A stretch of 64,000 bases of DNA from Candidatus Fervidifonticultor secundus (GTDB lineage: Bacteria; Sysuimicrobiota; Sysuimicrobiia; Sysuimicrobiales; Humicultoraceae): the NCBI GenBank assembly GCA_031459385.1, contig JAVKIP010000007.1, positions 32,001-96,000 on the forward strand, given 5' to 3'. How positions within the stretch are numbered: the stretch's first letter is position 1; every line of letters begins with the position of its first letter. Shown here piece by piece: positions 48,398 to 57,559 of the stretch. The position numbers were made by a program, and so were the translations under genes. Under the pieces are notes generated by a model that was not told where the DNA came from, made no database searches, and was given only the letters and a program-made list of their open reading frames with translations.

Positions 48398-50667
48398 CAG
48401 ACCGTCCTCCTTGTCCCGCGCAGGGCCGCGTGCACCCTGGGTGCGGTGATCGGCAGGCTGGTGACCCGCGCGCCCGCCGCCGCGTCCAGGGCGTTGGCCA
48501 CCGCTGCCGGCGGCTCGATGATCGGCGGCTCTCCCACGCCCTTGGCGCCGTAAGGGCCCACCTCGCTCGGCCAGGCGACCGTGACCACCTCGATGGGAGG
48601 AACGTCCGTGACCCGCGGGACGGCGTAGTCGCTCAGGTTGTGAACGAGGGGCTGGCCGTCCTGGTAGCGCAGCTCTTCCCAGAGCGCCTGCCCGAGCCCC
48701 TGGACCACGCCCCCCTCGATCTGACCCTCGATGAGCTGCGGGTTGATGGCGAAGCCCACGTCCTGTACGGCGACGTAGCGCAGCACGCGCACCTCCCCGG
48801 TCTCCGGGTCGACCGCGACCTCGGCGGCGTGCGCGTGGAAACTCGGCGAGTGGAACGCCGGGTAGACGTGCCCGCGGACGCACGAGGCGTCGTAGGGTGT
48901 GGGCGGCGCGGCGAATGCGCCGGCAGCGATCAGGCCGCCGCGCTGCAGACCCAGCCGGGCCACCTCCGCGAGCGACAGCCGTCGCGCCGGCGCCCCGGCC
49001 ACCGCCACGTGGCCGTCCCGCAGCACCAGGTCGCGAGGGTGCGCTTCCAGCGCGCCGGCCGCCACGTCGAGAATCTGCCGCCGGAGCTCGGCCGCGGCCT
49101 GGCGCGCGGCGTTGCCCACGCCGAAGGCCGTGCGGCTGCCCTGCGCCCCGTGATCGTACGGCGTGGCGAACGTGTCCGCGCTCACGACGCTGATCCGGTC
49201 CACCTCCAGGCCGAGTTCCGCCGCCAGCACCTGGACGGCGCCGGTCAGGGCGCCGGTGCCGATCTCGGCGCAGCCGGTCAGGAGTGTCGCGGAGCCATCC
49301 GGCTGCAGCTTGACGTAGACGCCCGAGGGCCCGCCGGTGGTCGTCCACCAGCCGCAGGCCAGACCCTTCCCCCGGTAGGGGCCCGACGGCTGTCCCCAGC
49401 CGATGGCCTCGGCTGCCCTGCGCAGCACCGCCTCCATGCTGCTCCGGCCGAACACCTGGCCGGTCGGCCCGGCGTCGCCGTCGCGCACGATGTTCCGCAG
49501 CCGGAACTCCAGAGGATCGAGCCCCAGGCGCCGGGCGATCATGTCCATCTGCGATTCGACCGCGAAGGCACACTGGGGGCCCATGGGCGCCCGATACGAG
49601 CCGAAGTTCTGCTTGTGGGTGTAGACCGCCCTGGCGACCAGGCGCAGGTGGGGAATGCGGTAGGGCCCCGCCAGGACCAGGGTGGCGACCGAGGGGAGGC
49701 CGGGGCTCGAGCCGCTGTAGGCGCCAGCGTCCAGCAGGGCCGTGGCCTCCTTGCCGACGATCGTGCCGTCCCGCCGCACCGCGGTGCGCAGACGGATCCG
49801 CATCCCGTGCCGCGGGTAGGCCGCCACGAACTCCTCGTCCATCGTCAGGGCCACCTTCACCGGACGGCGGGCGCGCTGCGCCAGCAGGGCGGCGATGTGC
49901 TCGACGCCGACCCGCAGCTTGCCGCCGAAGGCGCCACCGATGCCGGTGACGACCACGCGGATCTGCCCCGGCGACAGGCCGAAGGCATCGGCCAGGGTCT
50001 GCTGGATCTCGAAGGGCAGCTGGGTGTTCGAATAGACGACGAGCCGGTCGGGCGTCTCCCAGACTGCGAGCGCGGCCCGGGGCTCCAGGTACGCCTGGTG
50101 CACCGGTGCGGTGGTGAACGTGTCCTCGTAGACAGCGTCGGCCTCGCCGAGCGCACGGTCCCAGTCGCCCTTCACGATCCATGCCTCGCCGCAGACGTTG
50201 CCGGACCGGATCACCTGTGGGTGCGCGGCGTAGGACTCCCAGGCCTCGTGGACGAGCGCGGCATCCTCGGCCGCCGCGCGGTCGGGATCGGTGATCGCCG
50301 GCAACACCTCGTAGTCCACGGCCAGACGGTCGACCGCGTCGTCGGCCGCTTCGCGGCTCGTGGCCGCGACCGCCGCGACGGGCTGGCCGACGTAGCGGGC
50401 CACGTCGACGGCGAAGATCGTCTCGTCCTTCACCAGGCCACCGAAGCGGCGCGCCGGCGCGTCGCGGGCGGTGACCACCGCCACCACCCCCGGCACCTGC
50501 AGGGCGACGGACGGGTCGATGCCGCGGATGCGGGCGTGCGCGTGCGGGCTGCGGGCGATGCGCCCCCACAGCATGCCGGGCAGCGCGATGTCCATGGCGT
50601 ACGCGTACTGGCCCAGCACCTTGGCGCGGCCGTCGAGGCGCAAGACGGACCGGCCGACGGCGCTCAC
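48397..50667 (-). CDS. Xanthine dehydrogenase family molybdopterin-binding subunit
   Basis: RSPHAHA, AYLEP, IGGAFGGK, SYRAPM, GSR, GQIEGG..QGLG, AKGVGEPP catalytic Glu. Confidence 0.94.
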   Translation of the reverse strand: MSAVGRSVLRLDGRAKVLGQYAYAMDIALPGMLWGRIARSPHAHARIRGIDPSVALQVPGVVAVVTARDAPARRFGGLVKDETIFAVDVARYVGQPVAAVAATSREAADDAVDRLAVDYEVLPAITDPDRAAAEDAALVHEAWESYAAHPQVIRSGNVCGEAWIVKGDWDRALGEADAVYEDTFTTAPVHQAYLEPRAALAVWETPDRLVVYSNTQLPFEIQQTLADAFGLSPGQIRVVVTGIGGAFGGKLRVGVEHIAALLAQRARRPVKVALTMDEEFVAAYPRHGMRIRLRTAVRRDGTIVGKEATALLDAGAYSGSSPGLPSVATLVLAGPYRIPHLRLVARAVYTHKQNFGSYRAPMGPQCAFAVESQMDMIARRLGLDPLEFRLRNIVRDGDAGPTGQVFGRSSMEAVLRRAAEAIGWGQPSGPYRGKGLACGWWTTTGGPSGVYVKLQPDGSATLLTGCAEIGTGALTGAVQVLAAELGLEVDRISVVSADTFATPYDHGAQGSRTAFGVGNAARQAAAELRRQILDVAAGALEAHPRDLVLRDGHVAVAGAPARRLSLAEVARLGLQRGGLIAAGAFAAPPTPYDASCVRGHVYPAFHSPSFHAHAAEVAVDPETGEVRVLRYVAVQDVGFAINPQLIEGQIEGGVVQGLGQALWEELRYQDGQPLVHNLSDYAVPRVTDVPPIEVVTVAWPSEVGPYGAKGVGEPPIIEPPAAVANALDAAAGARVTSLPITAPRVHAALRGTRRTV

Positions 50668-51179
50668 GGGCGCACCGTCGCTGCGCGCGCGGCCAGCCGC
50701 CGCGCGGCGACCTGCACGGCCTGGACGATCTTCGCGTAACCGGTGCAGCGGCACAGGTTCCCGGACAATGCGCGCCGGATCTGGTCCGCGGTCGGTTCGG
50801 GGGCCTCGGCCAGCAGCGCGACGGCCGAGAGGACCACCCCCGGTGTGCAGTACCCGCACTGTACGCCGCCGCACTCGACGAGCGCCTCCTGCACCGGGTG
50901 CAGCGCGCCCTCGCTGGCGACCCCCTCGATGGTCACCACCGATCGGCCGTCGGCCGAGGCTGCGAGCACCAGGCAGGCGGTCGCCGGCCGGCCGTCCAGG
51001 AGCACGGTGCAGGCGCCGCAGGCGCCTTCCCGGCACGACTCCTTGGTGCCGGTGAGTCCCAGGTCATCGCGCAGCAGGTCGAGCAGCGTGCGGTGAACGG
51101 GAGTCTGCACGACGTGCGGCGTGCCGTTGACGCGCAGGGCCACCGGCAGGGTCCGGGGCAGACCGGGCTGCGAGCTCAT
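50664..51179 (-). CDS. (2Fe-2S)-binding small subunit (CoxS/XdhC-like)
   Basis: GTKESCREGACGACTV, QCGYCTPG, GNLCRCTGY. Confidence 0.95.
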   Translation of the reverse strand: MSSQPGLPRTLPVALRVNGTPHVVQTPVHRTLLDLLRDDLGLTGTKESCREGACGACTVLLDGRPATACLVLAASADGRSVVTIEGVASEGALHPVQEALVECGGVQCGYCTPGVVLSAVALLAEAPEPTADQIRRALSGNLCRCTGYAKIVQAVQVAARRLAARAATVRP

Positions 51180-51961
51180 GGCGTCTGTTCCACGGCCGCC
51201 GGCGCGGGCAGACGGGCCTGGAGTGGCCAGATCTCGGCCAGGCGCGCCGCGGTCGCCACCACCCGCGGCGCGAGTTCGTGCTTGCGCGCCACCGGCAGCC
51301 GGAACGTCGGCCCCGAGAGCGACACGGTCCCCACGACGCGGTTGGCCGCGCGCGGCAGCCTGACGGCTGCGGCCACAGCGCCGGCGCCCTCGAACAGCTC
51401 CTCCTCGACGACGGCGTAGCCGAGCCGGCGGACGCGTCGCAGTTCCCGGCGCAGGGCCACCGGCGAGGTCACGGTCCGCCGCGTGAACGCCCGCAAGCGC
51501 TCCCGGCGCGCGATGGCCAGCGCCTCCGCCTCCGGCAGGCTGGCCAGGAAGACCTTGCCGGCCGCCGTCGCGTGGAGGGGCGCGAACTGCCCGAGCATGG
51601 ACACCATCCGGATGCGCTGGTCGCGGCCTTCGGCCTTGGCCACGAACAGCAGGCGCTGGCCGTCGACGACCCCCAGCTGCACCAGCTCGCCGGTCTCGTC
51701 GGCCAGATCCTGGAGGACCGGGAGGCAGACGCCCGGGAAGCCCAGGCGATCGGCGTAGCGCAGCCCCAGCGCCAGGATGCTCAGGCCCAGGTGGATTCGC
51801 CGGGTGGCAGGCGAGGGAACCACGTAGCCCCGGGCCGCCAGGTGCCGGAGAGTCCGCGACACGACGCCCTTGTGCACGCGGAGCTGGCGAGCCAGCTCGC
51901 TCACGGTCAGGCCGTCCTGCGCCGACGAGAGCGCCTCGACGATGGCCAACCCCACGCTCAT
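51176..51961 (-). CDS. IclR family transcriptional regulator
   Basis: HTH LTVSELAR..KGVVSR, LADETGE, PLHATAAGK, GYAV..EE, SLSGP; start approximate. Confidence 0.93.
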   Translation of the reverse strand: MSVGLAIVEALSSAQDGLTVSELARQLRVHKGVVSRTLRHLAARGYVVPSPATRRIHLGLSILALGLRYADRLGFPGVCLPVLQDLADETGELVQLGVVDGQRLLFVAKAEGRDQRIRMVSMLGQFAPLHATAAGKVFLASLPEAEALAIARRERLRAFTRRTVTSPVALRRELRRVRRLGYAVVEEELFEGAGAVAAAVRLPRAANRVVGTVSLSGPTFRLPVARKHELAPRVVATAARLAEIWPLQARLPAPAAVEQTP

Positions 51962-52009
51962 GGCTGGTGGGCCCTCACGGTCCCGACGTCCCGGCAGCTC
52001 CGGCGTCGG

Positions 52010-52066
52010 GTTGTGACAACTTTGTTGCTTCACCGAAGGTTTCGCCGTCTGCAGCGCCATTCCTGG
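52010..52066 (-). promoter_or_regulatory. Sigma-H-like promoter with adjacent palindromic operator candidate
   Basis: CCAGGA-N17-GAAA (52066-52040); overlapping palindromes GTTGTGACAAC and CAACTTTGTTG at 52010-52027. Confidence 0.5.
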
Positions 52067-52148
52067 TGGACGCGGCTGTTCCGTGTGTCCGGGCCCTCCC
52101 CCGTACGCAGCCTCCGCCCGCGCCGATGGGAGCTCAGGGGGAGCAGCG

Positions 52149-52514
52149 ATGCCACGACGCACCGGCGCCATCGGCGAGGACGCGGCAGCGGCCTGGTTTG
52201 AGGCCCAGGGGTACCAGGTGCTGGCCCGCAACGTGCGGTGGCGCAGCGGAGAGATCGATCTCGTCGTGCGCCGTGGCGCGGTCGTGGTCGTCGTCGAGGT
52301 CAAGAGCCGGACCGGCGACGGGTTCGGACACCCGGCCGACGCGGTCACGCCGCGCAAGCGCCGCCGTCTCACGCGGCTGGCTGCGCGCTATCTGGCCCTG
52401 GCCGGCCTCGACGACGCCGTGGTGCGCTTTGACGCCGTGGCCGTGCACCTGACGCCTGAGGGTCAGGTCCGGTCCGTCGAGCATCTGCCCGACGCGTTCA
52501 GCGCATCGAGGTGA
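52149..52514 (+). CDS. yraN: YraN family (UPF0102) nuclease-like protein
   Basis: GAIGEDAA, RN.R..GEIDLV, VEVKSR, RFDAV. Confidence 0.93.
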   Translation: MPRRTGAIGEDAAAAWFEAQGYQVLARNVRWRSGEIDLVVRRGAVVVVVEVKSRTGDGFGHPADAVTPRKRRRLTRLAARYLALAGLDDAVVRFDAVAVHLTPEGQVRSVEHLPDAFSASR

Positions 52515-54000
52515 AGGCGGTGTACCCTGCGGCCCCTGGGCGCAGGGCGATCTGGGCCAGCACCTGCGCCGCGGCCTCCTGGCCCTGGCGGATGCAGTCG
52601 GGAACCCCGACGCCCCGGTAGCCAGCGCCCGCCAGCGCCAGGTGCGGCAGGCCGGCCAGGACCGTCTCGGCGGCGGCCAGACGGTCGAGGTGGCCGGGCG
52701 TGTACTGCGGCATGGCATGTGGCCACCGGGCGACGTGCGCGATCCGTGGGGTGGCGTCGAGACCCATCACCAGGCGCAGGTCGCGGCGTGCCGTCTCGAC
52801 CAGCGTGGCGTCGTCGGCCGCCACGATGGCGTCGGCCCCGGCGCGGCCGAAGTAGCAGCGCACCAGCGCGATGCCCGGCGGCGCCCGGCCAGGCCACTTC
52901 GACGAGACCCAACTGCACGCGGTGATCTGCACGGGTTCGCCCCGCGCCACCACGAACCCGTGGCCGTCGAGGGGATGAGCCACCTCGGCGCGGCGATAGG
53001 CCAGCGTGACGGCCGCGGTGGACGCGTACGGGATGTCGCGCAGCACCGCGGCCGCGGCCGGGGCGAATCCGGCAAGCAGGTCTGCGGCGACGAAGGCGGG
53101 CGTGGCGAGCACCAGCGCCTGTGCGCGCAGGATGCGGCCGTCGCCCAGGTAGAGGGCGTACGCGGCCTCGCGGGGATCCGGCCGCACGATCCGCACCACA
53201 GGGGTGCCCGTGAGCAGCGCTGCGCGGTGCTGCAGCGCCGCGCGGAGGGCGTCCACGAGCTCGGCCATGCCGCCGGCCAGGCTCAGGAACACGGGAGCGC
53301 CCGGCGGCGTGTTGGCGCCATCGCCCTGGCGGTGCTCATCCGCAGCACGCCCCGTCCGGCGCTGCGCCAGCCCGGCCAGGATCAGGCTGCGGTGGCGGCG
53401 CTCCCACTGGCGCAGCTGCGGGAACGTGGCCTGCACGCTGAGCGCATCGGCGTCGCCGGCGTAGATGCCAGCCAGCAGCGGTGCGGCCAGGCGATCCACG
53501 ACGGCCGCGCCCAGCCGGCGCCGGAGCAACCGGCCCACAGGCTCGTCTGCGGCCTCGCGGGCCCGTGGCAGGAGCAGGTCGGCTGCGGCGCGCAGCGCGT
53601 CTGCAGGCGACAGCAGGCCCGCGCGGACCAGCAGGTCCGGCCGCGTCGGGATCCCCAGCACCAGGCCGTCGGGCAGCGGCCGCAGCCGGCCGCGGTACGC
53701 GACGTAGACCCCGCGCCCGGGCCGCGTGGCGATGAGCCGGTCCGCCAGCCCCAGCGCGGCGCACAGGTCGCGCGCCCAGGGCTTGGCTGCCAGGAATGCA
53801 TCGGGGCCGCACTCGACGATGCAGCCGTCGACGACCTCGGTGTGGAGCTTCCCGCCGAGGCGGGGGTCGGCCTCGACGACCGTACAGGTCACCCCGGCGT
53901 CCCGCGCGCGCGCGTCGCTGACCAGGCGATGGGCTGCGGCGAGCCCGGCGATGCCGCCGCCAATCACCACGACGTGGTGACCCGGGCCGTCGCGCGCCAT
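52498..54000 (-). CDS. hemY: Coproporphyrinogen/protoporphyrinogen oxidase (HemY/CgoX)
   Basis: IGGGIAGLAAA, LGGK, GPDAF, GIYAGD, SSKWP, MPQY..GH, GVGVPDCI. Confidence 0.94.
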   Translation of the reverse strand: MARDGPGHHVVVIGGGIAGLAAAHRLVSDARARDAGVTCTVVEADPRLGGKLHTEVVDGCIVECGPDAFLAAKPWARDLCAALGLADRLIATRPGRGVYVAYRGRLRPLPDGLVLGIPTRPDLLVRAGLLSPADALRAAADLLLPRAREAADEPVGRLLRRRLGAAVVDRLAAPLLAGIYAGDADALSVQATFPQLRQWERRHRSLILAGLAQRRTGRAADEHRQGDGANTPPGAPVFLSLAGGMAELVDALRAALQHRAALLTGTPVVRIVRPDPREAAYALYLGDGRILRAQALVLATPAFVAADLLAGFAPAAAAVLRDIPYASTAAVTLAYRRAEVAHPLDGHGFVVARGEPVQITACSWVSSKWPGRAPPGIALVRCYFGRAGADAIVAADDATLVETARRDLRLVMGLDATPRIAHVARWPHAMPQYTPGHLDRLAAAETVLAGLPHLALAGAGYRGVGVPDCIRQGQEAAAQVLAQIALRPGAAGYTAFTSMR

Positions 54001-54004
54001 GCGG

Positions 54005-55039
54005 TCAGCTCGCCGGCGCCGCGGCCGCCGTGGTCTCGTGCACCAGCGCCACGAGCCGCGCCAGGTGTTCGGGCGGCGTTTGGGGCAGGACGCCGTGTCC
54101 CAGGTTGAAGATGTGACCGGGCCGGCCTGCAGCCTCGTCGAGGATCTCGCGGGCCGCCGCCTCCACCACGGGGAACGGCGCCAGCAGCACGGCCGGATCC
54201 AGGTTCCCCTGGATGGCTCGCGGGCCGATCTGCGCCCAGGCCTCGCCCAGGCGGACGCGCCAGTCGACACCGATCACGTCGCCGCCCGCCTGCGCCATGA
54301 GCGACAGCAGGCCCGCGGTCCCGGTGCCGAAGTGGATCGCGGGCACGTCCAGCGTCGCCAGCCCGGCGAACAGGCGCCGCATGTGGGGAAGGACACCGGC
54401 CGCGTAGTCGCGCGGCGCCAGCGCGCCCACCCACGAGTCGAACACCTGGACCGCCTGCGCGCCGGCCGCGACCTGCGCCCGCAGGTAGGCCAGGGTCGCG
54501 TCGGTCAGACGCGCCAGCAGCGCGTGCCAGGTCACCGGATCGCCGTGCAGCAGCCGCTTGGTGCGCAACAGGTCGCGCGCGCCCCGACCTTCCACCAGGT
54601 ACGACGCCAGGGTGAAGGGCGCGCCGGCAAACCCGATGAGCGGCACCGGGCAGTCCCGCCGGACGAGGCTGATCGCCTCGAGGACGAACGGCAGGTCGCG
54701 TTCGGGCTCCAGCGGCCGCAGCCGGTCCACGTCGCCGGGCGACCGCAGCGGCTCGGAGATCACCGGTCCCACGCCGTCGACGAGATCGACGGCGACCCCC
54801 ATGCCGACCAGCGGGAGCGTGATGTCGGCGAAGAGGATCGCGGCGTCCACGCCCAGGCGCTGGACCGGCAGCACGGTCATCTGCGCGGCCAGCGCCGGCG
54901 TGCGGCAGAGGTCGAGCAGGGTGTAGCGCTCGCGCAGCGCCCGGTACTCGGGCAGCGCCCGCCCGGCCTGACGCATGAACCAGACCGGCGTGCGGTCCGT
55001 GGGCGCGCACCGGCACGCCCGCAGGAACCGATCAGTCAT
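54005..55039 (-). CDS. hemE: Uroporphyrinogen decarboxylase
   Basis: PVWFMRQAGR, DAAILFADI, GAPFTLASY, QGNLDP, FNLGHG. Confidence 0.97.
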   Translation of the reverse strand: MTDRFLRACRCAPTDRTPVWFMRQAGRALPEYRALRERYTLLDLCRTPALAAQMTVLPVQRLGVDAAILFADITLPLVGMGVAVDLVDGVGPVISEPLRSPGDVDRLRPLEPERDLPFVLEAISLVRRDCPVPLIGFAGAPFTLASYLVEGRGARDLLRTKRLLHGDPVTWHALLARLTDATLAYLRAQVAAGAQAVQVFDSWVGALAPRDYAAGVLPHMRRLFAGLATLDVPAIHFGTGTAGLLSLMAQAGGDVIGVDWRVRLGEAWAQIGPRAIQGNLDPAVLLAPFPVVEAAAREILDEAAGRPGHIFNLGHGVLPQTPPEHLARLVALVHETTAAAAPAS

Positions 55040-55063
55040 CGCCCGGCCCGCTGCGGCCGCCGC

Positions 55064-55768
55064 TCATGGCCGCACGGCCGCGCCGGCGGGCGCACCCAGC
55101 AGCGCGGTGATCTCCGTCAATGGCCGGTGCACGCCGAGGAGCAACGGGGTGTCGCGCACCGTGTACTTGCGGCCCTCGGTCGCTCGCAACGCCTGCACCA
55201 GGTCCTGGAACGCCTGCAGGTCGTTCGTCTCGTACGCCACGATGAACTCCTGGTCGTCCAGGCCGAACGAGTAGGCCAGCAGCTGGCGTACCATCGGGAA
55301 CTGGTGGCCGACGCGCATGTGCTCGTTCATCATGCGCTGGCGATCCTCGCGGGGGGTCAGGTACCACTCGGCGGACTTTACGAACGGGTAGACGATCAGG
55401 TACGCATCCCGCGTGCCGGCGAACATCGCCTGCTCCTGTAGGGTCGGCTTCCTCACGTAGACCGACGGTCGCACGAGGCCCACCATGGCGTGCGCCACGG
55501 TCAGGAAGCGGCCCAGGCCTGCCTGCAGCAGGCTGGCCGCAGTCTCCTCCGCCGCCTCGACCGAGGGCGCCAGGCGCCAGAGCAGCACGTCGGCATCCGC
55601 TCGCAGGCCGATCATCGAATACGTGAACGTGTGCACCCGCCGGGCCGCCGCCTCGGCGGCGGCCAGGAAGGCTTCGGCGTCCTGCCGGCGCGCCTGATCG
55701 GGCAGGCGCCGCCACGCCGGGTCCAGTCGCAGCGCCAGCACGTGCACCGTCATCCAGGTCGCGTCCAC
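55064..55768 (-). CDS. chdC: Coproheme decarboxylase (HemQ/ChdC; chlorite dismutase family)
   Basis: YSMIGLRADAD, YPFVKS..WY, MMNEH, YSFGLDDQEF; inside the heme operon. Confidence 0.85.
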   Translation of the reverse strand: MDATWMTVHVLALRLDPAWRRLPDQARRQDAEAFLAAAEAAARRVHTFTYSMIGLRADADVLLWRLAPSVEAAEETAASLLQAGLGRFLTVAHAMVGLVRPSVYVRKPTLQEQAMFAGTRDAYLIVYPFVKSAEWYLTPREDRQRMMNEHMRVGHQFPMVRQLLAYSFGLDDQEFIVAYETNDLQAFQDLVQALRATEGRKYTVRDTPLLLGVHRPLTEITALLGAPAGAAVRP

Positions 55769-55773
55769 CGCCC

Positions 55774-56772
55774 CTAGGCCTCCTCGCGCAGCCAGCGGAG
55801 CGCGTCCGCGGCCGCGTACGTGATGATGATGTCGGCGCCCGCCCGGCGGATGGCCGTCAGCACCTCCAGGACGGCGTGGCGCTCGTCGAGCCAGCCGGCG
55901 GCCGCTGCCGCTTTGACCATGGCGTACTCGCCGCTGACCCAGTAGGCGGCGAGCGGCGCCGTGACGGCCTCGCGGGCCGCGCGGATCACGTCGAGGTAGC
56001 AGAGCGCCGGCTTCACCATGACGATATCGGCGCCCTCGGCGAGATCCAGCGCGATCTCCCGCAGCGCCTCGCGCGCGTTGGGCGGGTCCATCTGGTAGCC
56101 CCGGCGGTCGCCGAACTGCGGCGCCGAGCCCTGCGCGTCCCGGAACGGGCCGTAGAAGACCGACGCGTACTTCGCCGAGTAGCCCATGATGGCCACGTCG
56201 GGGAAGCCCGCATCGTCCAGCGCGGCGCGGATGGCTCCGACCTGACCGTCCATCATGGCGCTGGGGGCGACGACGTCCGCGCCGGCCGCGGCGTGCGAGG
56301 TGGCGGTCCGCGCCAGCAGGTCCAGCGTGTCGTCGTTGTCCACGGCGCCGTCGCGCACCACCCCGCAGTGCCCGTGGTCGGTGTAGGCGCACAGGCACAC
56401 GTCGGTGATCAGCACCAGCCCGGGGTGGCGGGCCCGCAGGCGCCGCAGCGCAGTCTGCACGATGCCGTCGTCGGCATAGGCCTCCCGGGCCGCCGCGTCC
56501 TTCGCGCCGGGAACACCGAAGAGCAGGACCGCGCCCAGGCCCAGGGCCACCAGGCGGTCGACTTCACGGTCCAGCGCATCCGGCGACAGCCGGTACTGGC
56601 CCGGCAGCGACGCGATCGGCTCCCGGATGTTAGCGCCGGGCCGCACGAAAAGCGGGGCCACGAGCCCGCCGGCATCCCAGCGCGTCTGGCGGGTGAGCGC
56701 GCGCAGGCCAGCGGTGCGGCGCAGGCGCCGCGGGCGCTGCGTCAGGTTAGTCTGCACTGCGGTCCGTGCCAT
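55774..56772 (-). CDS. hemB: Porphobilinogen synthase (ALA dehydratase)
   Basis: RPRRLR, DVCLCAYTDHGHCG Zn site, PSAMMDG, YGPFRDA, MVKPA, VSGEY. Confidence 0.97.
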   Translation of the reverse strand: MARTAVQTNLTQRPRRLRRTAGLRALTRQTRWDAGGLVAPLFVRPGANIREPIASLPGQYRLSPDALDREVDRLVALGLGAVLLFGVPGAKDAAAREAYADDGIVQTALRRLRARHPGLVLITDVCLCAYTDHGHCGVVRDGAVDNDDTLDLLARTATSHAAAGADVVAPSAMMDGQVGAIRAALDDAGFPDVAIMGYSAKYASVFYGPFRDAQGSAPQFGDRRGYQMDPPNAREALREIALDLAEGADIVMVKPALCYLDVIRAAREAVTAPLAAYWVSGEYAMVKAAAAAGWLDERHAVLEVLTAIRRAGADIIITYAAADALRWLREEA

Positions 56773-57559
56773 CTCGAACTCCTTTCCTCTGGATGTCGGT
56801 CACCAGCGCGGCCACCAGGCCGGCGACCGTATGGGAGCGGGCGACGACATGCGGCTGCAGGCCCGCGCGGCGCGCGGCCGCCGCCGTGACCGGGCCGATG
56901 CAGGCGAGGCGGCACCCGGCCAGGCTGGCCCGGCCGGCCAGGCGCACCAGCCCGCGCACCGTCGAGGCGCTGGTGCACACGATGGCATCGACCCTGCCGG
57001 CCGCGAGCGCCCGCCGCAGCGACGCCGCCGATGCCCGCGGGGCCACGCGTGTGCGGTACGCCACCACGGTGTCGACGCGGGCGCCGCGCGCCGCCAGGCG
57101 GCGGGCGAGGCCGGGCGAGGCCAGGTCGGCACGCGCCAGCAGCACGCGCCGGCCGGCGACGTCGGGGAGTTCGCTGCCCAGCGTATCGGTCAGGTAGCGC
57201 GATGGGATCTTGGCCACGCGCACGCCGGCGGCGCGCAGCACCGCAGCCGTCGCCGGACCGACGGCGGCCCACCGCGGTCCGCGCAGCCGGCGCAGGTCCA
57301 GGCCGAGCACCTCCGCGCGCGCGATGAGCGCGCGCGCGCCGTTGGCGCTGGTCACCACGATCCAGTCGTAGGCCGCGAGCCGGCGCACCGCGCGGTCGAG
57401 ACGACCAGGAGGCGCCGGGACGATCTCGATGGTGGGGACCGCCACGACCGTGGCGCCCAGCAGGCGCAGCCGCGCACACAGGTCCCGGGCCTGCGCGCGG
57501 GGGCGCGTGACCAGGATGCGCCGGCCGGCGAGCGGTCGCCCGGCGCGCGCGGGCCTCAC
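56747..57559 (-). CDS. hemD: Uroporphyrinogen-III synthase
   Basis: RILVTRP, WIVVTSANG, VGPATA, AYRT, TSASTV, IGPVT. Confidence 0.93.
   Translation of the reverse strand: MRPARAGRPLAGRRILVTRPRAQARDLCARLRLLGATVVAVPTIEIVPAPPGRLDRAVRRLAAYDWIVVTSANGARALIARAEVLGLDLRRLRGPRWAAVGPATAAVLRAAGVRVAKIPSRYLTDTLGSELPDVAGRRVLLARADLASPGLARRLAARGARVDTVVAYRTRVAPRASAASLRRALAAGRVDAIVCTSASTVRGLVRLAGRASLAGCRLACIGPVTAAAARRAGLQPHVVARSHTVAGLVAALVTDIQRKGVRDGTDRSAD

Noticed and set aside
48397..50667. Aerobic CO dehydrogenase call
   Set aside because: Lacks the AYxCSFR (form I) and AYRGAGR (form II) motifs; has SYRAPMG instead.
38819..52148. The island as an active mobile element
   Set aside because: No integrase, transposase, att repeats or target-site duplication seen; composition is mostly like the host.
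55064..55768. Chlorite dismutase (chlorate respiration) call
   Set aside because: No signal peptide, and its position among hem genes with cgoX indicates coproheme decarboxylase.
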